A stretch of DNA of 64,000 nucleotides from Planctomycetota bacterium (GTDB taxonomy: Bacteria > Planctomycetota > UBA1135 > JACQFD01). Where the stretch lies: the NCBI GenBank assembly GCA_016792805.1, contig JAEUHX010000042.1:132046-196045 (forward strand). Reading direction: 5' to 3'. The position numbers were made by a program, and so were the translations under genes. A model generated the notes under the pieces. That model was given only the letters and a program-made list of their open reading frames with translations, was not told the DNA's origin and ran no database searches. Of this stretch, positions 1-8,957 are shown piece by piece. How positions within the stretch are numbered: position 1 is the first letter of the stretch; each line of letters begins with the position of its first letter.

Positions 1-1
1 T

Positions 2-442
2 CTCGCGGCGCTCGTGGAGGTCTTCAAGCAGCTCGTCGAAAGCGCCGCGCCCCACCTGCGCGATCTTCAGTATCTCGTGGCGCTGCTTTTGTTGCGTCAC
101 CGCAAGCTCCGCCTCGTGCGCACCCAGAGCCAAGGGGCGCGCGATTTCCTCGTCGTCGCCTACCCGCGCCATCGCAACACGATGGACGTGGAAGTGAGCG
201 ACCTCCCGAAGGAGCGACTCGAGGTGCTTCGCGGGCAGCTCATGGCGCTCTTCGAAGGGGGCGACCTGTCGGCCGCGCCGCCGGAGGCGCCCGCCACCTC
301 GGACAGCACTGCCGAACCAGCACCGGCGTTGGAGAGCGAAGCCGCCGCCGCGCCGGACGGAGAAGGCGAAGCCGCGGTGCCCCACGATTTCCTCGCCGAG
401 ACCGAGCCGAGCGACTCCGCTGCGGCAGAAGCGCCCTCCTAG
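2..442 (+). CDS. hypothetical protein, 3' end (partial, continues upstream of window)
   Basis: The frame of track ORF 14..442 stays open back to nt 2 (LAAL-VEVFKQLVE...). GC3 bias is strong and the stop is TAG 440-442. The C-terminal tail is acidic and Ala/Pro-rich. No family recognised. Confidence 0.5.
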   Translation, partial: LAALVEVFKQLVESAAPHLRDLQYLVALLLLRHRKLRLVRTQSQGARDFLVVAYPRHRNTMDVEVSDLPKERLEVLRGQLMALFEGGDLSAAPPEAPATSDSTAEPAPALESEAAAAPDGEGEAAVPHDFLAETEPSDSAAAEAPS

Positions 443-498
443 CAGATTCCAGCGCCGACCGGTCGTTCTTCCTCTTCCGACCCCGAGGAACGGGCTAG

Positions 499-1726
499 TC
501 GTCCTGGGGCCGCGCGGCTTCCCGAGGCGCGCTTTTCCTCGACTTGCTCGAGACCGACTTCGCACCGCGGCTCGCCGCGGCGCCATCCCGGCTCGAGTCA
601 CTTATCGCAGAGAACCACGGCGAGCCGGTCATCCTCGATGAAGTGCAGCGTACTCCGGAGTTGCTGAATGGGGTGCACCGCCTGATCGAGCCGCGCAAGC
701 TGCGATTCGTGCTCACGTGCTCGACCGCGCGCTCTCTTCGCCGTTCTGGCCTGAATCTCCTCGCGGGACGCGCCCGGAGGACGTTTCAAGAGTCATCCGA
801 GCTGCGCGCGGGCCTCGTCTCCCATCGCTGCGTCGCCTCGTCCTCGTCGTAACTCCTTGGCTACGCCTGGGCATAGGCACCTTGCGCTGGACGACGATTC
901 CTCGAGCTCGCTTTGCGGAGCACTTTTGAGACGTCCTCCCCGCACCTGCGATCTTCAGCCGCTGATGGCGAGTGAACTCGGGAATGCGTTTGACTTGAGT
1001 CGCGCGCTGCGATTTGGCTGCCAACCGGAGGCAGGCACCGCGAGCGATCCCGCGGCTTTCCTGCGGAGCCATCTGACGACCGACCTCCGCGAGGAAGTGC
1101 AGCAGGAGGGGCTGACCCGCAATCTCGGGTCGTTCTCACGATTCCTCGAGGCCGCGTCGTTTTCTCAGGCGACCGTCCTGAATCTCTCCGAGGTCGCGCG
1201 CGAATGCAGCATGGAGTGCGAAGTCGTTGAGCCGTGGATCATCATTCTCGAGGACCTTCTCCTCGCCATTCGCCTTCCGGCGTCTCACAGGCGCGCGAAG
1301 CGTGACGTGGTCACTCACCCGAAACTCTTTTTGTTCGATACTGGCGTGAATCAGGCCGTTCGCCCCCGTGGACCGCTCGACGCGCCCGATGGGATCGCCG
1401 GGGCCGCCGCCGAAACGCGGGTGATTGCGCATCTGCGCGCCGCCAACGATTCCGGGAACGTCGGATAGGCGTTGCACAATTGGCCGACGCGTCGAGGGCT
1501 GGAAGTGGACTTCATCCTCTCGGGAGAGCGCGGGCTGCGCGCGTTCGAGGTGAAATCGGCTGGCTCGGTGCGCGACGCCGATCTGAAGGATCCCCGCGCA
1601 TTCCAAGAGGACTACCCGATGGCCACCGCAACTCTTGTCTACGGCGAGGAGCGGAGCTATCACGATGACGGGTTTGAGGTGATTCCGTTCGGGAGCGCGC
1701 TGAAGGAGCTCGATCGCCTTCTGTAA
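499..1726 (+). pseudogene. AAA+ ATPase with DUF4143 domain (COG1373-like), degraded
   Basis: Three track ORFs (544..852, 857..1468, 1472..1726) together read like one family member: VILDEVQRTPELL...FVLTCSTARSLRRSGLNLLAGRA / ELGNAFDLSRALRFG...LTRNLGSFSRFLEAAS...THPKLFLFDTG / NWPTRRGLEVDFIL. I see three lesions: the N-terminal Walker A part is missing (in-frame stop at 496-498), a 166-nt insertion sits at 775-940, and there is an in-frame TAG at 1466-1468. Confidence 0.75.
776..939. mobile_element. 164-bp miniature inverted-repeat element (copy A) inserted in the ATPase pseudogene
   Basis: Terminal inverted repeats are GGAGGACGTTTCAAGAGT (776-793) and ACTTTTGAGACGTCCTCC (922-939). The flanks carry CC/CC (774-775 and 940-941). 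Removing 775-940 rejoins ...LLAGRA|RTCDLQPLMASELG... in frame. About 80 percent similar to 53489-53652. Confidence 0.7.
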
Positions 1727-1929
1727 GAGTCCCGCGAGTTCACGAAAAAAATGTGAAGCGGCTCTTGCCATGAAAGTCATGCAGGCGTACAACGCGCCCA
1801 CGCGGTGGGGAAATCGCCCAAAAACGGCCAAATCCTGGCGAAAGCGTCCACGCCAGGGGGCGATGACCCAAACCGTGGGATGCGACCTCGTGCGGGGCAG
1901 GCAGCTTCCGCTCGGCATCCAAGGCTGTG

Positions 1930-2424
1930 ATGGGCGATATGGCGGCAACCGTTTTCACTGGGAGGCACGACTACACCCTCGACTCGAAGGGTCGCGTCGC
2001 CATACCCAAGCCGCTCCTCGAGCAACTGCGACGTATCAGCGGCGCCGAATCGCCCCGTCTGGCGCTCACGCTCGGCACCGAAGACTGCCTATTCCTAGTG
2101 CTCGCTGCGGAGCTGCACACCGTGCTCGAGGAGGGGCGCGCCGAGTTCTTCGACGAGGAGGAGCCCGAGGATTTCCGCCGCCTCTTCTACTCCACGGCGC
2201 TCGAGTCGACGCCCGATCCCCAGGGACGCATCGTCGTGTCGCCCGATCTGCGGACTTACGCGGGACTCGAGTCGGACGTTACTTTTCTCGGCACTGGCCG
2301 GCGCATCGAGGTCTGGAGCACGAAGCGCTGGAACGACCGCCAGCGTAAGCTCGTCGCCGATTTCACCCGCATGGCGCGCGCTGCGAAGAAGGCTTCCCAG
2401 TCGAAGCCCGGGGGCGGCGCATGA
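1930..2424 (+). CDS. mraZ: transcriptional regulator MraZ
   Basis: N-terminal FTGRHDYTLDSKGRVAIPKPL and a second half with DPQGRIVVSPDLR (duplicated MraZ/SpoVT-AbrB motif). It is the first gene of the dcw cluster. Alternative starts are GTG 1927 and ATG 1939. Confidence 0.85.
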   Translation: MGDMAATVFTGRHDYTLDSKGRVAIPKPLLEQLRRISGAESPRLALTLGTEDCLFLVLAAELHTVLEEGRAEFFDEEEPEDFRRLFYSTALESTPDPQGRIVVSPDLRTYAGLESDVTFLGTGRRIEVWSTKRWNDRQRKLVADFTRMARAAKKASQSKPGGGA

Positions 2425-3455
2425 GTGACTTCCACCCGCGCGCGCAGGTCGAGCTGGATGCCTTGACCTTCGAGGATCCGGCCTCCGCGCCGCCGCCGAG
2501 CGACCGGCTCGAGAGCGATTCGGTGCGCCGCGCGCCGCACATCCCCGTGATGTCGGAGGAGACCTTCACTCTCCTTGCGATCGGACCGGCCGCCGTCGTG
2601 ATCGACACGACGGTGGGCGCGGGCGGCCACGCGGCGCAGGCGCTCGCGAGGCTCGGCCCCTCGGGGCGCCTCTTCGGATTCGACCGCGACGAGCACGCTC
2701 TCGAGCTGGCGTCGGCGCGGCTTGGAGGCGATCCGCGCGTGGCGCTTTGCTGCGCGCGCTTCTCCGAGCTGGGCAAGGCTCTCGATGAGCGCGGCGTTCG
2801 TCAGGCCGATGGGTGGATGTTTGACCTTGGGGTGAGCTCGATGCAGCTCGACGAGGCCGACCGCGGGATGTCTTTCCTGCGCGACGGGCCCCTCGATCTG
2901 CGCATGGATCCGGCGCGCGGCGAGGAGACCGCGGCCGACCTTGTGAATCGCATGCGCGAGGAGCCGCTTGCGAATCTGATTTATGAGCTTGGCGAGGAGC
3001 GCGCCTCGCGGCGCATCGCGCGCGCGATCGTCGAGGCGCGTCGACGCCAGCGCATCACGCGCACGCTCCAGCTGGCGCAAATTGTGAAGTCGGCGGTGCC
3101 CTTCTCGAAGGCCGACGCAGGGCGCATCCATCCCGCCACGCGCACCTTTCAGGCGCTGCGGATCGCCGTGAACCACGAGCTGGAAGAGCTCGAAGCGGGG
3201 CTCGAGATCGCGCTCGCGCGCCTCGCCCCGGGCGGCCGCGTCGCCGTCCTTTCGTATCATTCTCTCGAGGACCGAATTGTGAAAGTGCGCTTTCGGCGCG
3301 CTGCGCAGGAGGGCTTCGAGATTCTTACAAAGCGCCCGCTTCAGGCGGGCGACGCTGAGATTGCACAAAATCCGCGGGCCCGCAGCGCCAAGCTGCGGGC
3401 ACTGCTTCACCCCGTTTCGCGCAACCCCCGAGGGCGCGAGGAGTCGGGTCGATGA
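2421..3455 (+). CDS. rsmH: 16S rRNA (cytosine1402-N4)-methyltransferase RsmH
   Basis: HIPVM...VIDTTVGAGGHA...FGFDRD...DLGVSSMQLD...RGMSFLRDGPLDLRMD...SYHSLEDRIVK. ATGA overlap with the mraZ stop. Confidence 0.93.
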   Translation: MSDFHPRAQVELDALTFEDPASAPPPSDRLESDSVRRAPHIPVMSEETFTLLAIGPAAVVIDTTVGAGGHAAQALARLGPSGRLFGFDRDEHALELASARLGGDPRVALCCARFSELGKALDERGVRQADGWMFDLGVSSMQLDEADRGMSFLRDGPLDLRMDPARGEETAADLVNRMREEPLANLIYELGEERASRRIARAIVEARRRQRITRTLQLAQIVKSAVPFSKADAGRIHPATRTFQALRIAVNHELEELEAGLEIALARLAPGGRVAVLSYHSLEDRIVKVRFRRAAQEGFEILTKRPLQAGDAEIAQNPRARSAKLRALLHPVSRNPRGREESGR

Positions 3456-3862
3456 GAATCGTGACGCTGGGGCTTGCGAGCAGCCTTCTTGTGCTCGCGC
3501 TTGCGACGGCCGCATGGCGCTCCGAGGCCAATGCCGTGGCCGCCCAGAATCAGCAGACCGAGAGCGAGATTAGCCGGCTCGCGCGTGTGCGCGACCGGGC
3601 AAAGGCGGAGGTCGAGTCGCTGAAGCAGCCGCTCGTCGTGCGCGCGCGCCGAGAGAGCATCGCCGGCGATGGGCTTCTGTTGGGCTCCCTCCCGAGCTCC
3701 CTTCGAGCCGAGCTGACGCCGCCAACGAAGCCGGCGCCGGCCGCGAAGAAGGCCGCGGGAAAGGCTGCGCCGAAGGCGGCGCCCGCTCGCACCGATTCGG
3801 CGAAGAGTAAGAACAACAGAAATAGCAAATCCGCGAAGACCACCGGCAAGGCGCGAACGTGA
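3452..3862 (+). CDS. ftsL: FtsL-like cell division protein with Lys/Ala-rich basic tail
   Basis: The position between rsmH and ftsI fits FtsL. It has an N-terminal TM helix (LGLASSLLVLALATAAW) followed by a coiled-coil-like stretch. The C-terminus is PAPAAKKAAGKAAPKAAPARTDSAKSK. Start and stop codons overlap both neighbours. Confidence 0.65.
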   Translation: MRIVTLGLASSLLVLALATAAWRSEANAVAAQNQQTESEISRLARVRDRAKAEVESLKQPLVVRARRESIAGDGLLLGSLPSSLRAELTPPTKPAPAAKKAAGKAAPKAAPARTDSAKSKNNRNSKSAKTTGKART

Positions 3863-5901
3863 GCCCTGGCCGTCTCTTCGCGAGCGCCCGGCTTCCCATG
3901 TGGGTGCTGGGGGTTCTCCTCCTGGTTCTGTGGGGACGCCTCGTGCAGGTGCAGGTCCTTCGTCGCGATCGTTACGACAACGAGGTCGACCGCGCCGTGC
4001 TGAAGTCGGTTGTCCATCCGGCCGAGCGGGGGCGCATCGTCGACCGCTCGGGGCGCGTGCTCGCGGACAACCGCGGCACCGTGCACCTCGTGGCCGACTG
4101 TAAGGAGCTCGAGGCCGCGGAAGGACGCAATATTTTCCGCTACAGAAAGCAGCAGGGGCTCGAGGGCGCTCCCGACGAAGCTTGGAAGGCCTCCGCGCGC
4201 GTGATGTTACGCACCGAGATGGTGGCCGACCTCGCGGCCGTGCTGCAGGGAACTGTGGGCGTGAACTCCGGTTCTGTGGCGGCCCGTGCCCGCGACCTCG
4301 CCGAGCGTCTCGGGCGCCTCCATAAGGACCGGGAGTCGGGGCGGCTCGAGCCCGCGCGTCGCGTCGTGTTGGCGCGGGACCTCACTCCGGACGAAGAGGT
4401 GGCCGTGACGGCGGCGCTGCGCAAGCACCGCGTGTCGGTTGCCTTCTCGCTCGAAAAGGACTTCGAGCGAATCTATCCCGCGGGCGCTTCTGTATCTTCT
4501 GTCCTCGGATTCGTGGGCGCGCGGCTCGAAGCCGGATCCAACAAATCGGAGCGGCCAACGGAGCCTGGACCCGAGCGCATCGGACGGGGCGGCATCGAAG
4601 GCAAGCTCGAGCCGTGGCTCCGCGGCGCGGAAGGCAAGGAGATCGTGCTGAGGGCGCCCACGGCCCGGGGCGGCGCGCTCGATCTCGGCGGCGCCAGCGA
4701 AGGCACCTCGGGAATTGATTGCACGCTCACCATTGACGCCACGCTGAACGCCATCCTCCACGAGCAGCTCCTTCGCGCGAACAGAGAGTTCCCGTGCGAG
4801 CACGGCATCACCGGAATTGTGCTGAGCGCAAAGACCGGTGAGGTGCTGGCGATGGACACCGTGCCGTCATTCGATCCCAACGCGCGGCCCGGAGAGAAGA
4901 ACCATCCGGTCACCAATAAAGCGCTCGTGAATCCCTACGAGCCCGGGTCGGCCATCAAGCCCTTCACCATTGCGGCGGCCCTCGAAGCAGGCGCGGTCCA
5001 TGTGAATGATACTTTTGCTCTGCACAACGGGGTTTGGTCGATCCCGGGGCGGCGCAAGCCCATCAAGGACTCCCACTTCGACTCCGCGCATAATGTGCAG
5101 TCGGTGGGGGAGATCCTCGCGCGGTCGAGCAACGTCGGCGCCGTGAAGATTGGGCATAGGGCGGGCTCGGAGGTGATCGAGGAGAGCTTCCGTCGCTATG
5201 GGTTCCACGATTCGTGCGGTATCGATCTTCCCGGCGAGGCGCGGCCGCGGCTGCCGCGGCGTGACCGCGGCAGGCCCTGGGATGTGCCGAATACACTTTC
5301 TTCTGTGTGTTTCGGCTACCAGATGATGCTGACGCCGATCCGCTTCGCGGCGGCCTATGCCATGCTGGCCAACGGCGGCCTTCGCGTGGAGCCGAGGCTC
5401 GTTCGTGCGATTCGCTTCTCCGACGGCCGCGAAGAAATTGTTGCAGCTCCGGAGCCCGTCCGCGTGATGCGTGAAGACGTGGCCAAGACGGTGCAGCGGC
5501 TCTGTCACGGCGTTGTGACCGAAGAGTACGGCACTGCGTACAAGCGCGCGGAGTCGCTGCGGCAAGCGGGGTATTTGGAAGTCGATACATTTGCGGGGAA
5601 GACGGGCTCGGCTGTCGTTCCGAGCAGGCCGGACCGGATCAACGGAACCTTCGCCTGCTTCGGGCCCATGCCCGATCCGGAGATCGTCGTCCTTTTTGTG
5701 GCCTTCGAGCCCAAGGGCGCGCGGTTCGGCGGCGATATTTGCGCACAACCCGCGTTGGAGACGTTGGCGCTTTGTCTCCGCGCGCTTGGACTCACCTCAC
5801 CCAGCCCGCGGCGCGTTCGCCTCGGCGACGATGGGAATCCGGTCATTGAGCCGGTCCCCATCGAGGCCGAAGGCAACAAACCGGAGGGCCTCCCCAACTG
5901 A
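3859..5901 (+). CDS. ftsI: class B penicillin-binding protein / peptidoglycan D,D-transpeptidase FtsI
   Basis: N-terminal TM helix. Transpeptidase motifs are SAIKP (SxxK), SSN (RSSNVG) and KTGS (KTG). The GTG start overlaps the ftsL stop (GTGA). Sits in dcw context. Confidence 0.9.
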   Translation: MSPGRLFASARLPMWVLGVLLLVLWGRLVQVQVLRRDRYDNEVDRAVLKSVVHPAERGRIVDRSGRVLADNRGTVHLVADCKELEAAEGRNIFRYRKQQGLEGAPDEAWKASARVMLRTEMVADLAAVLQGTVGVNSGSVAARARDLAERLGRLHKDRESGRLEPARRVVLARDLTPDEEVAVTAALRKHRVSVAFSLEKDFERIYPAGASVSSVLGFVGARLEAGSNKSERPTEPGPERIGRGGIEGKLEPWLRGAEGKEIVLRAPTARGGALDLGGASEGTSGIDCTLTIDATLNAILHEQLLRANREFPCEHGITGIVLSAKTGEVLAMDTVPSFDPNARPGEKNHPVTNKALVNPYEPGSAIKPFTIAAALEAGAVHVNDTFALHNGVWSIPGRRKPIKDSHFDSAHNVQSVGEILARSSNVGAVKIGHRAGSEVIEESFRRYGFHDSCGIDLPGEARPRLPRRDRGRPWDVPNTLSSVCFGYQMMLTPIRFAAAYAMLANGGLRVEPRLVRAIRFSDGREEIVAAPEPVRVMREDVAKTVQRLCHGVVTEEYGTAYKRAESLRQAGYLEVDTFAGKTGSAVVPSRPDRINGTFACFGPMPDPEIVVLFVAFEPKGARFGGDICAQPALETLALCLRALGLTSPSPRRVRLGDDGNPVIEPVPIEAEGNKPEGLPN

Positions 5902-5926
5902 CAGGTCATTGAATAACGCATTCCGG

Positions 5927-6036
5927 CGATTCTCGTCCCCTTTTCGCGATCTCATCGTCGAGCCGCGATCGACGTAACTCATTGGCTACGCCTCACGCGT
6001 CTCTCCTCGATCTCGCGAAAAATGAACTTCGAATCG
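5927..6036. repeat. imperfect palindromic element related to the 164-bp element (shared core GTAACTCaTTGGCTACGCCT)
   Basis: Arms are CGATTC..TTTTCGCGA..GAG (5927-5962) and CTCGATCTCGCGAAAAA..GAATCG (6006-6036). The central core at 5974-5993 matches 849-868 and 53563-53582 with 1-3 mismatches. It lies in the 193-bp ftsI-murE spacer. Confidence 0.5.
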
Positions 6037-6094
6037 CTCGAAAGCAGTTTTTCAACAACCTGCTAATACAAAAGGCGCTGGATGGCCACGCATC

Positions 6095-7576
6095 ATGAAG
6101 CTCTCGGACCTCTGCCCGCGCGTCTCCGCCGGGCGTGCTCGAGTCCTGGGATCGGGAGATCCCGAGATTCAGGGCATTCAAACCCATAGCAAGCGAGTTC
6201 GGACCGGCGATCTGTTTGTTGCGATCGCAGGAAGCCGCGACGACGGATCGCGCCACGTCGAGGAGGCGCGCACGCGCGGCGCCGTCGCCGTGATTGTCGA
6301 GCGCGAGATTCCCGGCCTCTCGCTCCCATCGTTGATTGTTCCGTCGGCGCGGACTGCGGCTGCACAAATCGCGGCGCTGCTGCTGCGCGATCCGCAGCGC
6401 TCAATGACGATGCTCGGGGTCACCGGCACGAACGGAAAGACCACTTCGGCTTCGCTCATGCGCTGGATTCTCGAACGCGACGGCCGCTCGTGCGGGCTGC
6501 TCAGCACGATCAGCTATTCGCTCGGCGCGCGCGAGCTGCCGTCGTCCCACACGACGCCCGACCCCGTCGCGCTTTTCGGGTATCTGCGCGAGCTGCTGAA
6601 TGCCGGCGTTGCGTACTGTGCGATGGAGGTCTCGTCCCACGCTCTCGACCAGGATCGAGTGCATGGGATTCCGTTCGCGGTGGCGGCGTTCACCAATCTC
6701 ACGGGGGACCACCTCGACTATCACAAAGATTTCGATTCCTACTTGCGCGCGAAGAAGCGCCTTTTCGACGGGCTTTCGCCGTCGGCGACCGCTGTCGCCA
6801 ATGCTCAGGATCCGTCGACGCCGCGCATGCTGGCGGACACCAAGGCGCGGCGTGTTCTATATGGAATCGACGGCGAGCGCCACCCGGCGGGCGCGCCGGA
6901 AGTGATGGCGAAGGTGCTTCGCACGGATCTCGACGGCGCCGAGTGGCTTCTGCGCGCTCCCGGCGTGGAGGCCCTCGTGCGCTCTCCGCTCCTGGGCGCG
7001 CACAATATTCAGAACGCCTTGGCAGCGGCCGCTTCGGCGCTCGCAATCGGCGTGGCACCCGAGTCGATCGTAGCGGGCATCGAGACGATCGGCATGGTGC
7101 CCGGCCGCCTCGAGCGCGTGGACGGCGGCAAGCCGTTTCGCGTTTTTGTGGACTACGCTCACACGGACGACGGGCTTGACCGGGTTCTATCCACGCTGCG
7201 TCCACTCACTCGCGGCCGCGTGATTGTGGTCTTTGGCTGCGGAGGCGACCGCGACCGCACGAAGCGTCCGCGCATGGGCTCGGTGGCCCATCGGCTTGCC
7301 GACCTCGTCATCGTGACCAGCGACAATCCGCGCTCGGAGCGCCCGGAAGCGATCGCCGAGGAAATTGTTGCGGGCATCCCGGCCGCCGCGCGGGGCAATA
7401 TCGTTGTGGAGCTCGACCGCCGCCGCGCGATTCGCCACGCGGTGTCGAAGGCCCGCGCAGGCGACGTCGTGCTGATCGCCGGCAAGGGACACGAGGATTA
7501 TCAAATCCTCGGCGCCGACCGCATCTCCTTCGACGATCGCCAAGTTGCGCGTGAGGCGCTGCGTGGAGCCCATTAA
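6095..7576 (+). CDS. murE: UDP-N-acetylmuramoyl-L-alanyl-D-glutamate--2,6-diaminopimelate ligase
   Basis: GVTGTNGKTT P-loop, a Mur ligase middle domain, and DNPR in VTSDNPRSE (typical of meso-DAP-adding MurE). Confidence 0.92.
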   Translation: MKLSDLCPRVSAGRARVLGSGDPEIQGIQTHSKRVRTGDLFVAIAGSRDDGSRHVEEARTRGAVAVIVEREIPGLSLPSLIVPSARTAAAQIAALLLRDPQRSMTMLGVTGTNGKTTSASLMRWILERDGRSCGLLSTISYSLGARELPSSHTTPDPVALFGYLRELLNAGVAYCAMEVSSHALDQDRVHGIPFAVAAFTNLTGDHLDYHKDFDSYLRAKKRLFDGLSPSATAVANAQDPSTPRMLADTKARRVLYGIDGERHPAGAPEVMAKVLRTDLDGAEWLLRAPGVEALVRSPLLGAHNIQNALAAAASALAIGVAPESIVAGIETIGMVPGRLERVDGGKPFRVFVDYAHTDDGLDRVLSTLRPLTRGRVIVVFGCGGDRDRTKRPRMGSVAHRLADLVIVTSDNPRSERPEAIAEEIVAGIPAAARGNIVVELDRRRAIRHAVSKARAGDVVLIAGKGHEDYQILGADRISFDDRQVAREALRGAH

Positions 7577-8957
7577 TCTGAACGATTTGTTGGCTTCGAC
7601 GGGGGCGCGGCTCGTCTCCGGGCCGCGCTCTGTCCGTTTCACTTCGGTGTCCACAGATACGCGCACCGTGTCGGACGGCGCGCTGTTTGTTGCACTGCAG
7701 GGGCCGCGCTTCGACGGCAACGCGTTCGCGGGGGAGGCGCTCACCCGCGGAGCCCGCGGCGTGCTGACCACACCCGGCCGCGCTCCGGAGGATCCACCGA
7801 AGGACCGCGTCTGCCTCGAGCACGCCGATCCGGGCCGAGCATTTCTCGATCTCGCCGGCTGGTATCGCCGGAGGTTTACAATTCCATTTGTTGGGATCGG
7901 CGGAGCTGCCGGCAAGACCACGACCAAAGAGATGGCCGGGCAGGTGCTGAGCCGATTCTTGCCCACGGTTTACTCCGAGAAGTCGTTCAATAATTCCGTT
8001 GGCGTCCCGGCGACGCTCCTGCGCGTCGACGGGAGCACGCGCGTTGCGGTGGTGGAGATCGGCACCAACGCGCGAGGCGAAGTGGCTCAGCTCGCGAAGG
8101 TCGTCGCTCCGACCGTCGGATTAGTGACTTGTATCGCCGAGGAGCACCTGGAAGGGCTCGGCTCTCTCGAGGGCGTTGCCGAGGAGGAAGGGGATCTTCC
8201 CGCGGCGCTCCCTGAGGACGGCGTCGCCATCCTCAACGCCGACGACCGCTTCTTCGCCGCGCTGCGCAGCCGTACGCGCTGCCGAGTTGTGACGTTCGGC
8301 CTCGAGTCCGACGCCGACTACCGCGCAACTGATGTGGTCTTTCACGTCGCGGGCTGCTCATTCCGGGTCCAGGGGAAGCCGGCGACCGTCCCGCTGCTTG
8401 GCACGCACAATGTTTATAATGCGGTCTCCGTCGTTGCGTTGGCCTCAGTGCTCGGGTTCGGGCTTGAGGAGTCCCTCGGAGCCCTCGCCGAGCTGCGCCC
8501 ACCGCAGCGGCGCATGGAGCGAAAGCGCTTCGGCGACGTCGAGGTGATCGACGATTGTTACAATGCCAATCCAGCTTCGGTGCGCGCCGCCGTGCGCGCA
8601 CTCGAAGGGCTTCGCGTCGGACGCCGCCGCGTCCTCGTGCTCGGAAAGATGCACGAGCTCGGCGAGGGATCGAAGGAGCTTCACCGCGACGTCGGGCGCG
8701 CCGTCGGCCAATCGCGAGTCGATCTTTTTATTGCAGTCGGCGCCGAAAGTGAGGCGCTGCTGCGCGGCGCCGTCGAAGGTGGGCTCTCGCCAGCGCGCAT
8801 GCTTGCTCTCCCGACCGCCGAGGAGGCCGTCTCCGCCGTTCCCGATCTCGTGAAGCCGGGCGACCTCGTTTTGGTGAAGGGCTCGCGCGCCGAGGGTCTG
8901 GAGCGCATCGTCGACGCGCTTGCGGCGCGCTACCAGCCGCGCGAGGCCGGCGAATGA
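7563..8957 (+). CDS. murF: UDP-N-acetylmuramoyl-tripeptide--D-alanyl-D-alanine ligase
   Basis: STDTR...ALFVALQGPRFDGNAF...GIGGAAGKTTTKEM...DDCYNANP. The GTG 7563 start gives N-terminal spacing like E. coli MurF. TTG 7545 (the track start) is an alternative. Confidence 0.88.
   Translation: MEPINLNDLLASTGARLVSGPRSVRFTSVSTDTRTVSDGALFVALQGPRFDGNAFAGEALTRGARGVLTTPGRAPEDPPKDRVCLEHADPGRAFLDLAGWYRRRFTIPFVGIGGAAGKTTTKEMAGQVLSRFLPTVYSEKSFNNSVGVPATLLRVDGSTRVAVVEIGTNARGEVAQLAKVVAPTVGLVTCIAEEHLEGLGSLEGVAEEEGDLPAALPEDGVAILNADDRFFAALRSRTRCRVVTFGLESDADYRATDVVFHVAGCSFRVQGKPATVPLLGTHNVYNAVSVVALASVLGFGLEESLGALAELRPPQRRMERKRFGDVEVIDDCYNANPASVRAAVRALEGLRVGRRRVLVLGKMHELGEGSKELHRDVGRAVGQSRVDLFIAVGAESEALLRGAVEGGLSPARMLALPTAEEAVSAVPDLVKPGDLVLVKGSRAEGLERIVDALAARYQPREAGE

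Noticed and set aside
1466-1468. In-frame TAG in the ATPase gene as pyrrolysine or programmed readthrough
   Set aside because: The gene carries two other inactivating lesions (5' truncation and the element insertion), and nothing here suggests Pyl machinery. A simple nonsense mutation in a pseudogene is the parsimonious reading.
1727-1929. Possible MraZ-box repeats (GTGGG-like) upstream of mraZ
   Set aside because: GTGGGG (~1803), GTGGGA (~1875) and GTGCGGG (~1890) occur, but without the regular ~10-nt phased triplet known from E. coli. That is too weak to call.
2256-3515. 419-aa minus-strand ORF spanning mraZ/rsmH
   Set aside because: It is antisense to two genes with unambiguous family motifs. 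Its Arg/Ala/Pro-rich composition is typical of off-frame ORFs in high-GC DNA, and no motif is recognisable.
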